From: Candidatus Uhrbacteria bacterium RIFOXYC2_FULL_47_19
GTDB lineage: Bacteria; Patescibacteriota; Patescibacteriia; SG8-24
NCBI GenBank assembly: GCA_001791745.1
Contig: MGFG01000032.1
Span: 3,775-67,774, forward strand
Direction of reading: 5' to 3'
Length of the DNA: 64,000 bases
How positions within the stretch are numbered: the stretch's first letter is position 1; each line of letters starts with the position of its first letter. This document shows, piece after piece, positions 28,494-40,138 of the stretch. The notes beneath the pieces were generated by a model. That model saw only the letters and a program-made list of their open reading frames with translations. It was not told the origin of the DNA and made no database searches. The translations under genes were made by a program, and so were the position numbers.

Positions 28494-31484
28494 TTAAGAT
28501 TTGAGGTTGAATTCACAAATACCAGCAAAATCGCAATTTTGGCAGTTGATTGAACTAGGGTTGGGGGTGAAGTCTCCAGAGTTGATTTTTTCGATAGTGG
28601 TCTCAATTTCTTCTTCTAGCTTTCCTAAATCATCATCATTACCAATAAAGCTCTGTCGAGAGCCGTCTTTGAGATAATGAAAAGTTAGTCTAGTTGGTTG
28701 AAGCTCAAGAACACGGGCAGTAGCGAGCTGGTACAGAAGTAATTGACGCTTGTCATCTTTTGATAACTTTTCTTTAGGCGATCCGGTCTTATAATCAATA
28801 ATTTCGTGCGTACCATCGCAGAGTAAATCTATTCGATCGATTTTGCCGCGAAAAACACAGCCACCGAGTTTTAGTCGAAAATCCTGCTCGAGTAGAAATG
28901 GGTTTGGATGCTCGATGGTTAGTTGTTCGTAAAAACGTTCCAACATCTGACGGCCTTTTACACGAAAATTTTCTCTTTCTGTGTCGTCTTTATACCAATC
29001 ATTAATCCAACAGTCGTCGTATGTCTGAAGTAGCTCTTTTAAGGTTAGTGGTAGGCTAGAAAGGTTAGAAGAATCTTTTGAATCGCTGTTAAATAGATTG
29101 GTCTGCTTAGTAGAGGTTCGGACCACTAGTTCATCCATAAATTTCTCTAGAGTTGCATGCATGGTCTTACCGAAACTCATTGATGCTTTACCAAAGACCG
29201 GTAAACGTAAGACGTGTGCAAATTTGTATTGAAGAGGACACCGGTCATAGGCCTCGAGTTGAGAGAAACTAAACGAGTTAGGTGGTTGGTAGTCAGGGGG
29301 TGCAGAATTAATTTGAGGTGTTGGTTTTATCTCTTCGAGGAGTTCCATAGAGGGAGCGATCGGTGTTCGGTCGAAGCCTAATTCGGACAGGAAACGCGAT
29401 GGTTTCTTTTTTCGTCGACCGCCGTAATCCTCAGCTGAGGTTAGGAACAAACCATCTTTGGCACGGGTCATGGCCACGTAAAATAACCGACGTTCTTCTT
29501 CTAAGTGCATGTCGCCCTCTGGAATGATCTCCTTGGTAAGCGCGTCCGGTAGCTCAATCTCTCCTCCTCGTCGGTTGGTTGGGAAGCGTTGATCCACCAG
29601 ATTAACCACGAAGACATAAGGGAATTCTAGTCCTTTAGAAGAATGTACAGTCATGATTCGAACCATGTCTGGACCTGTGTTGATATCGAAAGCCAGTGTA
29701 CCAGCATTACCTCCTTCGCGTTCTAGCTCTAATTCTTGCATGAAGTGGCGTAAATTGGGGTCATCATGTCCATCCTCATAGCGTTTAATTCGGTCTAGGA
29801 ATTGTTTTAAAAGAGCCAAACTTTCGTGTTTCTCGGCTGTATCTGCAGCCTTGAGATGGTTGACATAGCCAGAGTCGTACAACCAGCGTACGGCTGCTTC
29901 TCTGACTCCTTGTCGTCGAACGACGTCGGTGTGTCCTGCCAAGTGCCCCATGAGTCGGTCAAGCAGTGCTTGACCCTCTGGTGTAATAGTCGTTAACTCA
30001 TGACGTCGTTTAATCACTTCGTAGAGTGATTCCCCTTTCAATCGGTCAGCGGTATGGGTTAACTCGATTAAGTCTGGTCCAGGTAGTGAGTATGGCGGGC
30101 AGACCAGAATGCGATACAGGGCCGCACTTTCATGATAGTTATCGAGCAGTTTTAGATAAGCAATGCAGTCGAGTACTACCGGTTTAGTGTAAAGACCTTT
30201 GAGAGCTAAGTATTGGAATGGAATACTACGACGTTGGAGTTCAGCAGCAAAAGGATCAGCTTGGCTATGTGAACGGACTAAAATAGCAAAATCGCTCCAA
30301 GAGTGTTCATCTGAGCTGCCCTTGATTTCGGAGATAACTTGTATGGTCTCTCGGACCTCATCTTGGAGTGTGGCGTAGTGTAAGTGAGCCACACGAGCTT
30401 GACCTGGCCGGTGTGCAGTAAGTCGTTTGGAAAGTCCTTGACCATCAGGTCCAGCTAGTCTGATTTCTAGACGATTAGGGTTGTTGCCTTGGATAAAGCG
30501 ATAAGAGATATCTAAAATTTCTTGCAACGAACGATAATTGATGTTCAAAATTACCTCTCGTGAATTTGGAAAATCATCCTTGAACTGAAGAATGTTAGAG
30601 ATGGATGCTCCACGGAATTTATAGATTGATTGATCATCATCACCTACAACCGTGACATTTTTAGTATCTCCTGCCAAAGCTTTTACTAGTTCGTATTGCG
30701 CCCAATTAGTGTCTTGAAATTCATCAATAATTATGTAGCGGAAACGTTCCTGTAATTCTTTAAGTACGGTTGGTCGTCTCCTCAATAATTCGAGGACGTA
30801 CATGTTGAGATCACCAAAGTCCAGATCTCCATGTTCTAACAGTAATCGTTGATAGGTGTGATAGGCATCGGCTTGTTCTTGTAGTCGTGAAGCTTCATCA
30901 GCGTCTGCACTGCCGGAACGGTCCTGATCCAGAGCCACGCCTTTCGCATATTCTAGATATTCATCTGGCGTCACTGCTTCATCTTTGGCACGGGAAAAGT
31001 GTTTTAGTAAAGCTTGGACAAATTTAGTCGGATTGCCAGCCGGTCGATAATAGTCCAAATCAAACTGACTAAAATTGCTTCTAACTAACAAGTATTGGTC
31101 AATTTCATTTAGCAGATGAAAATCATTCGGTAGGCCAATTTGTAAGCCGTATTCTTGAAGGATACGTTGGCAGAATGAATGGAAGGTCGAGATCCAGAGG
31201 TCTACATAACCCATCGGCATCAATCGATCTACTCGTTCCTCCATTTCTTCGGCCGATTTGTCAGTAAAAGTTAGGGCTAAAATTTGATCCGGCTTAGCTC
31301 GTCCAGTAGCTACCAACCAGGCGATCCGCTTGGTTACTACCATTGTTTTTCCAGTACCGGCCCCAGCCACAATAATTTGTGGTCCATCACCATGAGTTAC
31401 AGCTGACAACTGACGATCATTAAGGCTATCGAGTAGCCCATCGACATTAATGTCTTTCTCATTTTTGGCGTTAAGTATAGACAT
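28494..31484 (-). CDS. UvrD/PcrA-family helicase with a C-terminal PD-(D/E)XK nuclease (AdnAB/AddA-like)
   Basis: AGAGTGKT, DEFQDTN, VGDDDQSIYKFRGA, HSSKGLEF, YVAMTRA; then SFSQL..CP, GKIDRID, IIDYKTG, QLLLY, CxxCxxxxxC. Confidence 0.93.
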   Translation of the reverse strand: MSILNAKNEKDINVDGLLDSLNDRQLSAVTHGDGPQIIVAGAGTGKTMVVTKRIAWLVATGRAKPDQILALTFTDKSAEEMEERVDRLMPMGYVDLWISTFHSFCQRILQEYGLQIGLPNDFHLLNEIDQYLLVRSNFSQFDLDYYRPAGNPTKFVQALLKHFSRAKDEAVTPDEYLEYAKGVALDQDRSGSADADEASRLQEQADAYHTYQRLLLEHGDLDFGDLNMYVLELLRRRPTVLKELQERFRYIIIDEFQDTNWAQYELVKALAGDTKNVTVVGDDDQSIYKFRGASISNILQFKDDFPNSREVILNINYRSLQEILDISYRFIQGNNPNRLEIRLAGPDGQGLSKRLTAHRPGQARVAHLHYATLQDEVRETIQVISEIKGSSDEHSWSDFAILVRSHSQADPFAAELQRRSIPFQYLALKGLYTKPVVLDCIAYLKLLDNYHESAALYRILVCPPYSLPGPDLIELTHTADRLKGESLYEVIKRRHELTTITPEGQALLDRLMGHLAGHTDVVRRQGVREAAVRWLYDSGYVNHLKAADTAEKHESLALLKQFLDRIKRYEDGHDDPNLRHFMQELELEREGGNAGTLAFDINTGPDMVRIMTVHSSKGLEFPYVFVVNLVDQRFPTNRRGGEIELPDALTKEIIPEGDMHLEEERRLFYVAMTRAKDGLFLTSAEDYGGRRKKKPSRFLSELGFDRTPIAPSMELLEEIKPTPQINSAPPDYQPPNSFSFSQLEAYDRCPLQYKFAHVLRLPVFGKASMSFGKTMHATLEKFMDELVVRTSTKQTNLFNSDSKDSSNLSSLPLTLKELLQTYDDCWINDWYKDDTERENFRVKGRQMLERFYEQLTIEHPNPFLLEQDFRLKLGGCVFRGKIDRIDLLCDGTHEIIDYKTGSPKEKLSKDDKRQLLLYQLATARVLELQPTRLTFHYLKDGSRQSFIGNDDDLGKLEEEIETTIEKINSGDFTPNPSSINCQNCDFAGICEFNLKS

Positions 31485-31674
31485 TTTTCTAAGTATAATA
31501 TGGTTTTTGGGTAAAAAGATGCATTCTGATGAATTTTGTACAAAAATTCAAAATTCGATTGCCTTCTGTCCGCTGTGGCGGATTTTATTTTATCCGTTTA
31601 GCTGTAAACAATGAATAGCCGGGTAAGAAAAGATCCCGAAAAGCTTCGGGATTCGGTAACAGTTTGAGGTCGAT

Positions 31675-32133
31675 TTATTGAATCGAATACAAGGGTAGAT
31701 AGGCCATTTTCCTGGCCGCCATTTCGTCAACCAGTCTAATGCGAATACCACGGTACCGCAGCAAATCGGTAATTTTTTTCAATCCGATCTTTGGATATTG
31801 TCCGTCGGAACAACGTTGTTTAAGCTCCAGTCCATGTATGGGCTCTAGACTACCATCACCGATCCAGAAGTAGGCTTTCCCCACGAAGATAAAATCCGGC
31901 ACATAGACGAACTCACGATCACCCCCTAGTGGCTGCCAGCTGGTCCGTACATCTGGCACGAACGGAATTCTTTGTTTCGTCAATAGTTGAGCTACACGTA
32001 GTTCACCGAGTGAGGCATAGCTAACTTCATTGAAACTCAAGTCGGGCCTTTTTCCTACTGGAGTACTTACTAACTTTATACCTGACCAGTCGACTTCGTC
32101 ACCAGGTTGATCTATTTCAATAGCCTGGGCCAA
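31675..32133 (-). CDS. Hypothetical protein, putative PD-(D/E)XK endonuclease
   Basis: S-x-x-E helix, YVPDF and ELK motifs; GGAGG SD and TTGCAA-17-TAAGCT promoter before the TTG start. Confidence 0.6.
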   Translation of the reverse strand: MAQAIEIDQPGDEVDWSGIKLVSTPVGKRPDLSFNEVSYASLGELRVAQLLTKQRIPFVPDVRTSWQPLGGDREFVYVPDFIFVGKAYFWIGDGSLEPIHGLELKQRCSDGQYPKIGLKKITDLLRYRGIRIRLVDEMAARKMAYLPLYSIQ

Positions 32134-32270
32134 AACCGCCTCCTCTCTAGTTTAAGGAACCAACAACAGCTTACCGATAGTTGTTTTAGGTTGCAACTAC
32201 TCTGTTTAGATGACGATTTTAAATACAAAAGCCGCCTACTTTGGACGGCTTTTGATCGATTAATGTCTAG

Positions 32271-32714
32271 CTACTGAGAAATGGGACGCTTTTTGAGATC
32301 ACGATACCTTTTGACTGTACGTTCACGCGCTAATTCGCGTTCTAGAGCAGCAAAAGCGGCTGCACTCGATACTTCGTCCAAACCACGTTTTTCCTCGAGT
32401 GCTAGACGAGCACGCTCTCTAGCTTCTTCAACTTTTTCTAAATCGAGTTCCTCGGCGCGATCAGCAGTATCAGCTAAAATAATCACTCGACCATCTGGCC
32501 GTATTTCAACAAAGCCGCCAGATACAGCCAAAAAAGTCTCTTCGGTGCCATGACGCAAGGTGATCATGCCGGATTTGAGTGTTGCCACTAGTGGGATATG
32601 TCCTGGCAGGACAGTAATTTCCCCTTCTTGGGTTGGTAAGGTGACCGATTCGGCTGGCCGGTCCTCAACTACCCGCTCCGGAGTGGTGAGTTCAAATTTT
32701 AACTGTTTGGCCAT
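32271..32714 (-). CDS. atpC: ATP synthase epsilon subunit
   Basis: TPER, GEITVLPGHIPL, VSGGFVEI. Confidence 0.96.
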   Translation of the reverse strand: MAKQLKFELTTPERVVEDRPAESVTLPTQEGEITVLPGHIPLVATLKSGMITLRHGTEETFLAVSGGFVEIRPDGRVIILADTADRAEELDLEKVEEARERARLALEEKRGLDEVSSAAAFAALERELARERTVKRYRDLKKRPISQ

Positions 32715-32744
32715 AGGTTCATTCAGTAAACCGCACCAGCAGTC

Positions 32745-34148
<1,404 letters not shown>

Positions 34149-34158
34149 TTAGTCACCA

Positions 34159-35088
34159 CTAGCGGCTTTTTTCGAGTGCGGCCTTGCCAGAGGAAATCTC
34201 CGCGATCTCCGCGGTGATACCCGCCTGTCGGGCCTGGTTATAGCTTAAAGTCAAACTATCGATCATCTCTTCAGCTGAGTCTGATGCGGTTCGCATGGCC
34301 AACATTCGGGCCGAGTGTTCCGATGCTGACGACTCGAGTAGTGCCTGATAGATTTGTGATTCAACTAATCGTGGCAGCATAACATCAAGAACTTCGCTGG
34401 GTGAAGGCTCGAATAGATATTCATGACTTGGGTCGGTGATGTTGAGTTCATTCTTTTCGTTTTGACTTTGAGCTAGAGCCTCACCGACCTCTCCTAGGCC
34501 TTCAATTCTAGCGACGGGTAATAACTGGCTAACTCTCGGCTTTTGCACTAAGGCCGAAACGTAGTCAGTAAAAGCCAGATAAATAGCTCGGCATTTACCA
34601 GCAGTGAAGTCACCAACAGCCAGATCAGCAATTGGTCTCATCTCAGCCACTGTTGGATGACTCGCCAATTCATTGAAGGTAGCAATCAAACTAAGACCTT
34701 GTCTTTGGATAGCGACCTGCCCCTTGCGTCCGATGGTAACAAAATCTACAGGTAGGTCTTTTGGCAACTTTCCTGTAAATTGGCTTACCTGACGTAGTAA
34801 TTGAGAATTAAATCCGCCACACAGTCCACGTTCAGAAGTAAACAGTATAACCATTACTCGTTCGGCGTCTGGTTTAGTCGAAAGTAATGGGTGAAGTCCA
34901 GCGTCTGTAACCTTAGCCATCTCTTTAATGGCCGTCCAAGCGGCCTCGGCGTAAGGTTGTGAGGCTAGTACTGAACTGACAGCCTTCCGCATTTTGGAAG
35001 CAGCCACTAACTCCATCGCTTTAGTGATTTTGCGAGTGCTAGTGACCGACTTGATGCGTCGACGAATTAATCTAGTCGAGATCGCCAT
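34159..35088 (-). CDS. atpG: ATP synthase gamma subunit
   Basis: KITKAMELVAASK, RGLCGGFN, RQAGITAEIAEI. Confidence 0.98.
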   Translation of the reverse strand: MAISTRLIRRRIKSVTSTRKITKAMELVAASKMRKAVSSVLASQPYAEAAWTAIKEMAKVTDAGLHPLLSTKPDAERVMVILFTSERGLCGGFNSQLLRQVSQFTGKLPKDLPVDFVTIGRKGQVAIQRQGLSLIATFNELASHPTVAEMRPIADLAVGDFTAGKCRAIYLAFTDYVSALVQKPRVSQLLPVARIEGLGEVGEALAQSQNEKNELNITDPSHEYLFEPSPSEVLDVMLPRLVESQIYQALLESSASEHSARMLAMRTASDSAEEMIDSLTLSYNQARQAGITAEIAEISSGKAALEKSR

Positions 35089-35092
35089 ATAG

Positions 35093-36604
35093 CTAAGCTT
35101 CAGCCGTTACTGTTTTTTTGAATTCAGCGATAGCCTCTATTAGTTTGGCCTCAGTCTCTTCGTTAAGATCGCCAGTTTCTTCGATAATGGTCAGTACATC
35201 ACGTCGACTTCCGTCTAGGTAACGGTGGAAATCATTTTCCCACTCTCTAACCTTGTTAGTTTTGACGTCATCCAAGTAACCACGAGTGACAGCAAAAAGT
35301 ATTGCTACTTGTTGGGCTACTGTCATGGTCTCGTATTGGTCTTGTTTCAAGACCTCAACCGCACGTTTGCCACGTGAGATCTGTTTACGAGTGGATTCAT
35401 CAAGATCACTCGCGAATTGAGCGAAGGCCTCAAGTTCGCGGAACTGAGCCATATCTAAACGTAAGCGTCCAGCCACTTTTTTCATGGCTTTGACTTGGGC
35501 TGCTGAACCGACACGTGAGACAGAGATGCCAATGTTTAGTGCTGGTCTGATACCACGATAAAATAGATCTGGCTCTAGATAGATTTGACCATCAGTGATG
35601 GAGATGACGTTCGTTGGGATGTAGGCTGAGACGTCACCGGCCTGGGTTTCAATAACTGGAAGGGCAGTTAGTGAGCCGCCACCGTTGTCTTCGTTTAGTC
35701 GAGCTGAGCGTTCTAGTAAGCGAGAGTGCAAGTAGAAGACGTCACCAGGATAAGCCTCACGTCCCGGTGGGCGTCGTAGTAAAAGCGAAACTTCACGATA
35801 GGCCCAGGCATGCTTGGATAAGTCATCATGCACCACCAGTGCGTCTCGACCCTGATCCATAAAGTATTCGCCAATGGCTGTACCAGAATACGGTGCCAGG
35901 AACGATAGTGGAGCTGGATCTGAGGCACCAGCTACAACCACAATGGTGTTAGCCATAGCTCCAGATTCCTCGAGTTTGGCCACCATCTTAGCGACTTTCG
36001 ACTCTTTTTGACCAATGGCTACATAGATGCAAATGACACCGGTATCCTTTTGATTGATGATGGTGTCGATGGCTACAGCGGTCTTGCCGGTTTGACGGTC
36101 ACCAATAATCAATTCACGTTGTCCACGACCGATTGGAATCATGGAATCAATAGCCTTCAATCCAGTTTGAAGCGGTACGCTCACTGATTTTCGGGTAATG
36201 ACGCCTGGTGCGATTTTTTCAATTGGCATTTGTCGATCTTCGGCAATTGGACCACGACCATCAAGCGGTCTTCCTAGCGGATCAATTACCCGACCAATGG
36301 TCCCTTCGGAGACTGGAATCGATAACACTCGACCAGTAGTTTTAACTTCGTCCCCTTCTTTGATGTGGGTACAATCACCCAGAATCATGGCACCAACCGT
36401 TTCTTTTTCGATGTTTAAGGCTACACCAAAAGTACCGTCTGAAAATTCAAGCATTTCCATGGACAAACATTCAGATAGTCCAGTCATGCGAGCGATACCG
36501 TCTGCTACTTCGACTACAGTGCCGACCTTCTGGACCTTGGCTTCAATGTCCAATAGTCCGATCTCCTTTTTGAGGGATTCGATGATGAAATCTTTTGATG
36601 CCAT
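35093..36604 (-). CDS. atpA: ATP synthase alpha subunit
   Basis: [31 protein letters not shown]. Confidence 0.99.
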   Translation of the reverse strand: MASKDFIIESLKKEIGLLDIEAKVQKVGTVVEVADGIARMTGLSECLSMEMLEFSDGTFGVALNIEKETVGAMILGDCTHIKEGDEVKTTGRVLSIPVSEGTIGRVIDPLGRPLDGRGPIAEDRQMPIEKIAPGVITRKSVSVPLQTGLKAIDSMIPIGRGQRELIIGDRQTGKTAVAIDTIINQKDTGVICIYVAIGQKESKVAKMVAKLEESGAMANTIVVVAGASDPAPLSFLAPYSGTAIGEYFMDQGRDALVVHDDLSKHAWAYREVSLLLRRPPGREAYPGDVFYLHSRLLERSARLNEDNGGGSLTALPVIETQAGDVSAYIPTNVISITDGQIYLEPDLFYRGIRPALNIGISVSRVGSAAQVKAMKKVAGRLRLDMAQFRELEAFAQFASDLDESTRKQISRGKRAVEVLKQDQYETMTVAQQVAILFAVTRGYLDDVKTNKVREWENDFHRYLDGSRRDVLTIIEETGDLNEETEAKLIEAIAEFKKTVTAEA

Positions 36605-36630
36605 ATGCAGTGTCTTATGGACAGTCGTTT

Positions 36631-37032
36631 TTAGGACGACCGAACGAACTTTTCCTTCAATGTAACTAAGTGGTTTTTGAGCGTAGCGTCATAAACTGTA
36701 TCGCGACCACGAACTCGAATGCCGCCGAGTAAGTCTGGATTGACGTGCATGGTGACCTCGGATTGATTTCGATCTCCTCCGATTAATCCAACCGCTCGAT
36801 CGGCTAACTCGGAGTTTAGTTCATGAGCAGATTCAACGGTTACTTCTTCGATACCGTCTAATTTTCTAGCTGCCGCCGGCAACCCCCGCAGGATTAGTGG
36901 TAATAGCGCGATTAAACCACGATCTTTCAATTTACCCACGAAGCGTTTGATGGATACTGTAGCTTCTTTATCCTTCAATCCACGTACTCCGGAATAGAGA
37001 GCTTCAGCATATTCTTTTGATGTGTACATCAT
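36631..37032 (-). CDS. atpH: ATP synthase delta subunit (short)
   Basis: [23 protein letters not shown]...DA; between atpF and atpA. Confidence 0.88.
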   Translation of the reverse strand: MMYTSKEYAEALYSGVRGLKDKEATVSIKRFVGKLKDRGLIALLPLILRGLPAAARKLDGIEEVTVESAHELNSELADRAVGLIGGDRNQSEVTMHVNPDLLGGIRVRGRDTVYDATLKNHLVTLKEKFVRSS

Positions 37033-37047
37033 AAAACAGTGGATCGA

Positions 37048-37590
37048 CTAAACAGATTGTTCTTCAGCCGATTTGATTGCCGACTCAACTAGTTCCAGGT
37101 CCTTTTTTGGGTCAATCTTTTCACGTAAGATCTTCTCTGTGGCGGCAATAACTAGACTAGCAATTTCTGATTTAGCTTCCTTGAGCATGGTTTCCTGTTC
37201 ATCTCGCAGACGACGCTTTCCATCTGTCACTATCCTCTCTACTTCGGTGCGAGTTTTAACTGCAGTCTCTTCTTGTCGACGCTTAGCATCAGCTTCGGTC
37301 GTCTCCATAATCTCTTTGGCCTGCCGACGTGCCTCAACGATCAATTTTTGTTTCTCGGTTTCCGCTAATTCACGCAAAGCCTTAGATTCTTCTGCGTCTT
37401 TAAGACCGCGTTCAATTTTACCCGAGCGTTCGTCCATGACCTTCATAAGTGGTCGATAGACAAATCGCCAAACAACAATCAAAACTAACCCGAAGTTAAC
37501 GAGCTGGGCAAGAAAAAGTTTCCAGTTTAGACCGAGGGTGGCTGCTACACCGACTCCTTCGACGACCTGTTGTGCTTCAGCTGGATCCAT
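37048..37590 (-). CDS. atpF: ATP synthase b subunit
   Basis: AQLVNF TM, PL..MDER, charged coiled coil. Confidence 0.95.
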   Translation of the reverse strand: MDPAEAQQVVEGVGVAATLGLNWKLFLAQLVNFGLVLIVVWRFVYRPLMKVMDERSGKIERGLKDAEESKALRELAETEKQKLIVEARRQAKEIMETTEADAKRRQEETAVKTRTEVERIVTDGKRRLRDEQETMLKEAKSEIASLVIAATEKILREKIDPKKDLELVESAIKSAEEQSV

Positions 37591-37632
37591 AGGCGTAAAA
37601 TTTACCGAGTGGAATTGTGATTACCTCTGCTA

Positions 37633-37691
37633 ACGTCTGCCTTTGACTATAGTCGAAGGCAGACGTCAGCCCTGGTGTTACGGACACCAGG
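37633..37691. repeat. 34-bp near-perfect palindrome plus a second hairpin between atpE and atpF
   Basis: ACGTCTGCCTT-tGACTATAGTCg-AAGGCAGACGT; CCTGGTGT-tacgg-ACACCAGG. Confidence 0.75.
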
Positions 37692-37710
37692 AGCTAGTTC
37701 GTGATTGCGA

Positions 37711-37998
<288 letters not shown>

Positions 37999-38116
37999 TC
38001 ACTTTTTGGATCGACAGGGGTTGGGGTTTAACGTCGTCCTGAGCGAAAGGCGGTTAAGATTAGGGCCGATAGTCTGATAGTCCATTCAGCAGACAATCGC
38101 CTCTGATCTCGACGAC

Positions 38117-38983
38117 CTAAGCAGTAGCCGAAGCTTTGACTGACAGTTCTTGAGATTTATGTTTCTGTTCGTGACCCTCCTCTTCGCCGTGCGGTTTAGA
38201 GGTGGCTATTGTTAGATAAACTAGGGTCAACAAAGAGAAGACTAATGCTTGAACAATACCTACGATTACTTCCATAAACATGAACGGAATGGGTACAACA
38301 AAAGCGATTAATGAAGAGATAACATGAATAAGCACCTCGCCAGCGAAGATATTACCAAAGAGACGTAGTGAGAGAGAGACCATTTTGGCTACTTCAGATA
38401 CTAGTTCAATCAATCCAACACCCAACTCAATAAAAGCAACAAAAATACCGAGTAGATAATCAACTGGAGATTTGTGACGGAATCCGATCAAAGCCTTCCA
38501 GAAGGTTCCGAGTTGAATGAATTTGTTCCAATGACGGAAAAAGCCAAGGCTGACGATACCGAAAGCATGTGACATGACCACAGCAGCAATGCCCATGGCC
38601 AGGGTCATGTTCAGATCGCTAGTTGCTGGACGAAAGATCGGGATTAAGTGGCCATGCTCACCATTCAGACCGAAGGTGCCAACACCAGGCAGTAACCCCA
38701 TCCAATTTGAGAGTACAATAAAAAGAAAAAGAGTACCGACTAATGGGAAAAATCGTCGCGATTTAGCACGGTCCCCGGTTACTTGGTCCATAAACCCAAG
38801 CATGAATTCAAGGAGTGCTTCGACGGCATTTTGAATTCCTCGCGGCGCACCGTTTTTTGGGCGTCTTAGTAACCAGGCTAAAACAACAAAAGCGGCGATA
38901 GCAACCCAGGCGTTGACCATTGAATTGGTCACCGGCAGGTCTCCGATCAAGAATAGCTTCTCGGCTGGGACTGGTACGGCCAT
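38117..38983 (-). CDS. atpB: ATP synthase a subunit
   Basis: NWMGLLP, TSDLN, SLSLRLFGNIFAGE, QALVFSLL. Confidence 0.97.
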   Translation of the reverse strand: MAVPVPAEKLFLIGDLPVTNSMVNAWVAIAAFVVLAWLLRRPKNGAPRGIQNAVEALLEFMLGFMDQVTGDRAKSRRFFPLVGTLFLFIVLSNWMGLLPGVGTFGLNGEHGHLIPIFRPATSDLNMTLAMGIAAVVMSHAFGIVSLGFFRHWNKFIQLGTFWKALIGFRHKSPVDYLLGIFVAFIELGVGLIELVSEVAKMVSLSLRLFGNIFAGEVLIHVISSLIAFVVPIPFMFMEVIVGIVQALVFSLLTLVYLTIATSKPHGEEEGHEQKHKSQELSVKASATA

Positions 38984-39021
38984 ATTCTTTTAATGTGTAG
39001 TCAGATGAAAATCGGTATAGC

Positions 39022-39339
39022 TTAGTGATCAGATTCTTCGTCCCTTGTTCTTGTTTGAGGGGTCGAAGCAGAATTTTTCAAGACGTTCTTTTGAACGTGC
39101 TCGATCGTCTGATACTCATGGCCAAACTGTTTTGCTCGACGGTAAATACTAACACTAGACAGAACTGCTGCCAAAACAAAACCAGCAATCAAGAAGATTG
39201 GTGAGGTTTCATAGCGTGCATCCACATATCTACCAAGTAAAGTTAGAAGTACTATGGGTACTGCGATAATGGCACCAAATTCACCTACAATTCGTAGGCC
39301 TAATTGGATGTACTTTCGGTCTTGATCTGAAGTGGACAT
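39022..39339 (-). CDS. AtpZ/AtpI-family protein (likely start MSTSDQ)
   Basis: Two TMs with a G-x-x-x-D...T-x-P motif, first gene of the atp operon. Confidence 0.75.
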   Translation of the reverse strand: MSTSDQDRKYIQLGLRIVGEFGAIIAVPIVLLTLLGRYVDARYETSPIFLIAGFVLAAVLSSVSIYRRAKQFGHEYQTIEHVQKNVLKNSASTPQTRTRDEESDH

Positions 39340-39493
39340 TAAGGCAGCTTCTGAAAAAGAGAAACGCCAACCGTAGTATCGGAATGGCGCGACAATTTTA
39401 GGCCATGAGCGATCAACAGTCAAGCTGGTTTTCCACTTAGTTAAGCGTGAAAGTTGGTCAGATCGTCTTGACAGAGCTAGAAAAATGGCTTAG

Positions 39494-40090
39494 TCAGGCC
39501 AGTTCCTTAACTACAGCTCCGAGTATTACTTGCTCTCTTTTGCGTTGCATCTTCCGTCCGAACCAGGCACACCAAGTGGTAGTTTGATAGTAGTGTTTGT
39601 CCTGAGTTACTAGCTCTAATATGGAGACCGGCATGATATTTGGGTCGCCGAAATAGGGATCGTCCAATTCTGTATGTTCTTCAATTTGAATTGGATCGGT
39701 TTGCCAGCGTCCTCGACAACGATAACGCCACTTTGGACGTAATGTGCCATCAACTTGTGGGTCGAAGAAGATTTTTAATCCATCCTGGTCAATCTCTTTC
39801 CTAAGACTCGACAACACAGCTGCTAGTAATTGACGTACTTGTAAATTTGAGATTAAACGGTCACGTGACTCAGTTGATAACTCGTCGAGTTTAGCCCTAG
39901 ATTCTTTAGCTATATATTGCCCAGACAAAGGTTCGTGCTCTTCGTATCGATCTACTAGTTCTAGGTTTGATTCCGTAACTTCTAGGTCATAGCGTAAAAA
40001 ACGACGACGTAATGGCCGGTTAGTCAAATGATCGCTACCCCTCAAATAGCTTTTACGGAAAGAAGTCATTGTTCCCAACCAACCTTGCAT
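39494..40090 (-). CDS. Hypothetical protein
   Basis: 198-aa ORF with no motif I recognise; start uncertain. Confidence 0.5.
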   Translation of the reverse strand: MQGWLGTMTSFRKSYLRGSDHLTNRPLRRRFLRYDLEVTESNLELVDRYEEHEPLSGQYIAKESRAKLDELSTESRDRLISNLQVRQLLAAVLSSLRKEIDQDGLKIFFDPQVDGTLRPKWRYRCRGRWQTDPIQIEEHTELDDPYFGDPNIMPVSILELVTQDKHYYQTTTWCAWFGRKMQRKREQVILGAVVKELA

Positions 40091-40138
40091 ACAGCGTCAA
40101 TATGTGGTTTTAGAGCAATTAAATAACCAGCCAAGTGA

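Noticed and set aside
36198-36665. Long antisense ORFs over atpA, and similar ones over clpB, serS, atpF and mreB
   Set aside because: They are antisense shadows of well-conserved genes with no recognisable motifs or expression signals.
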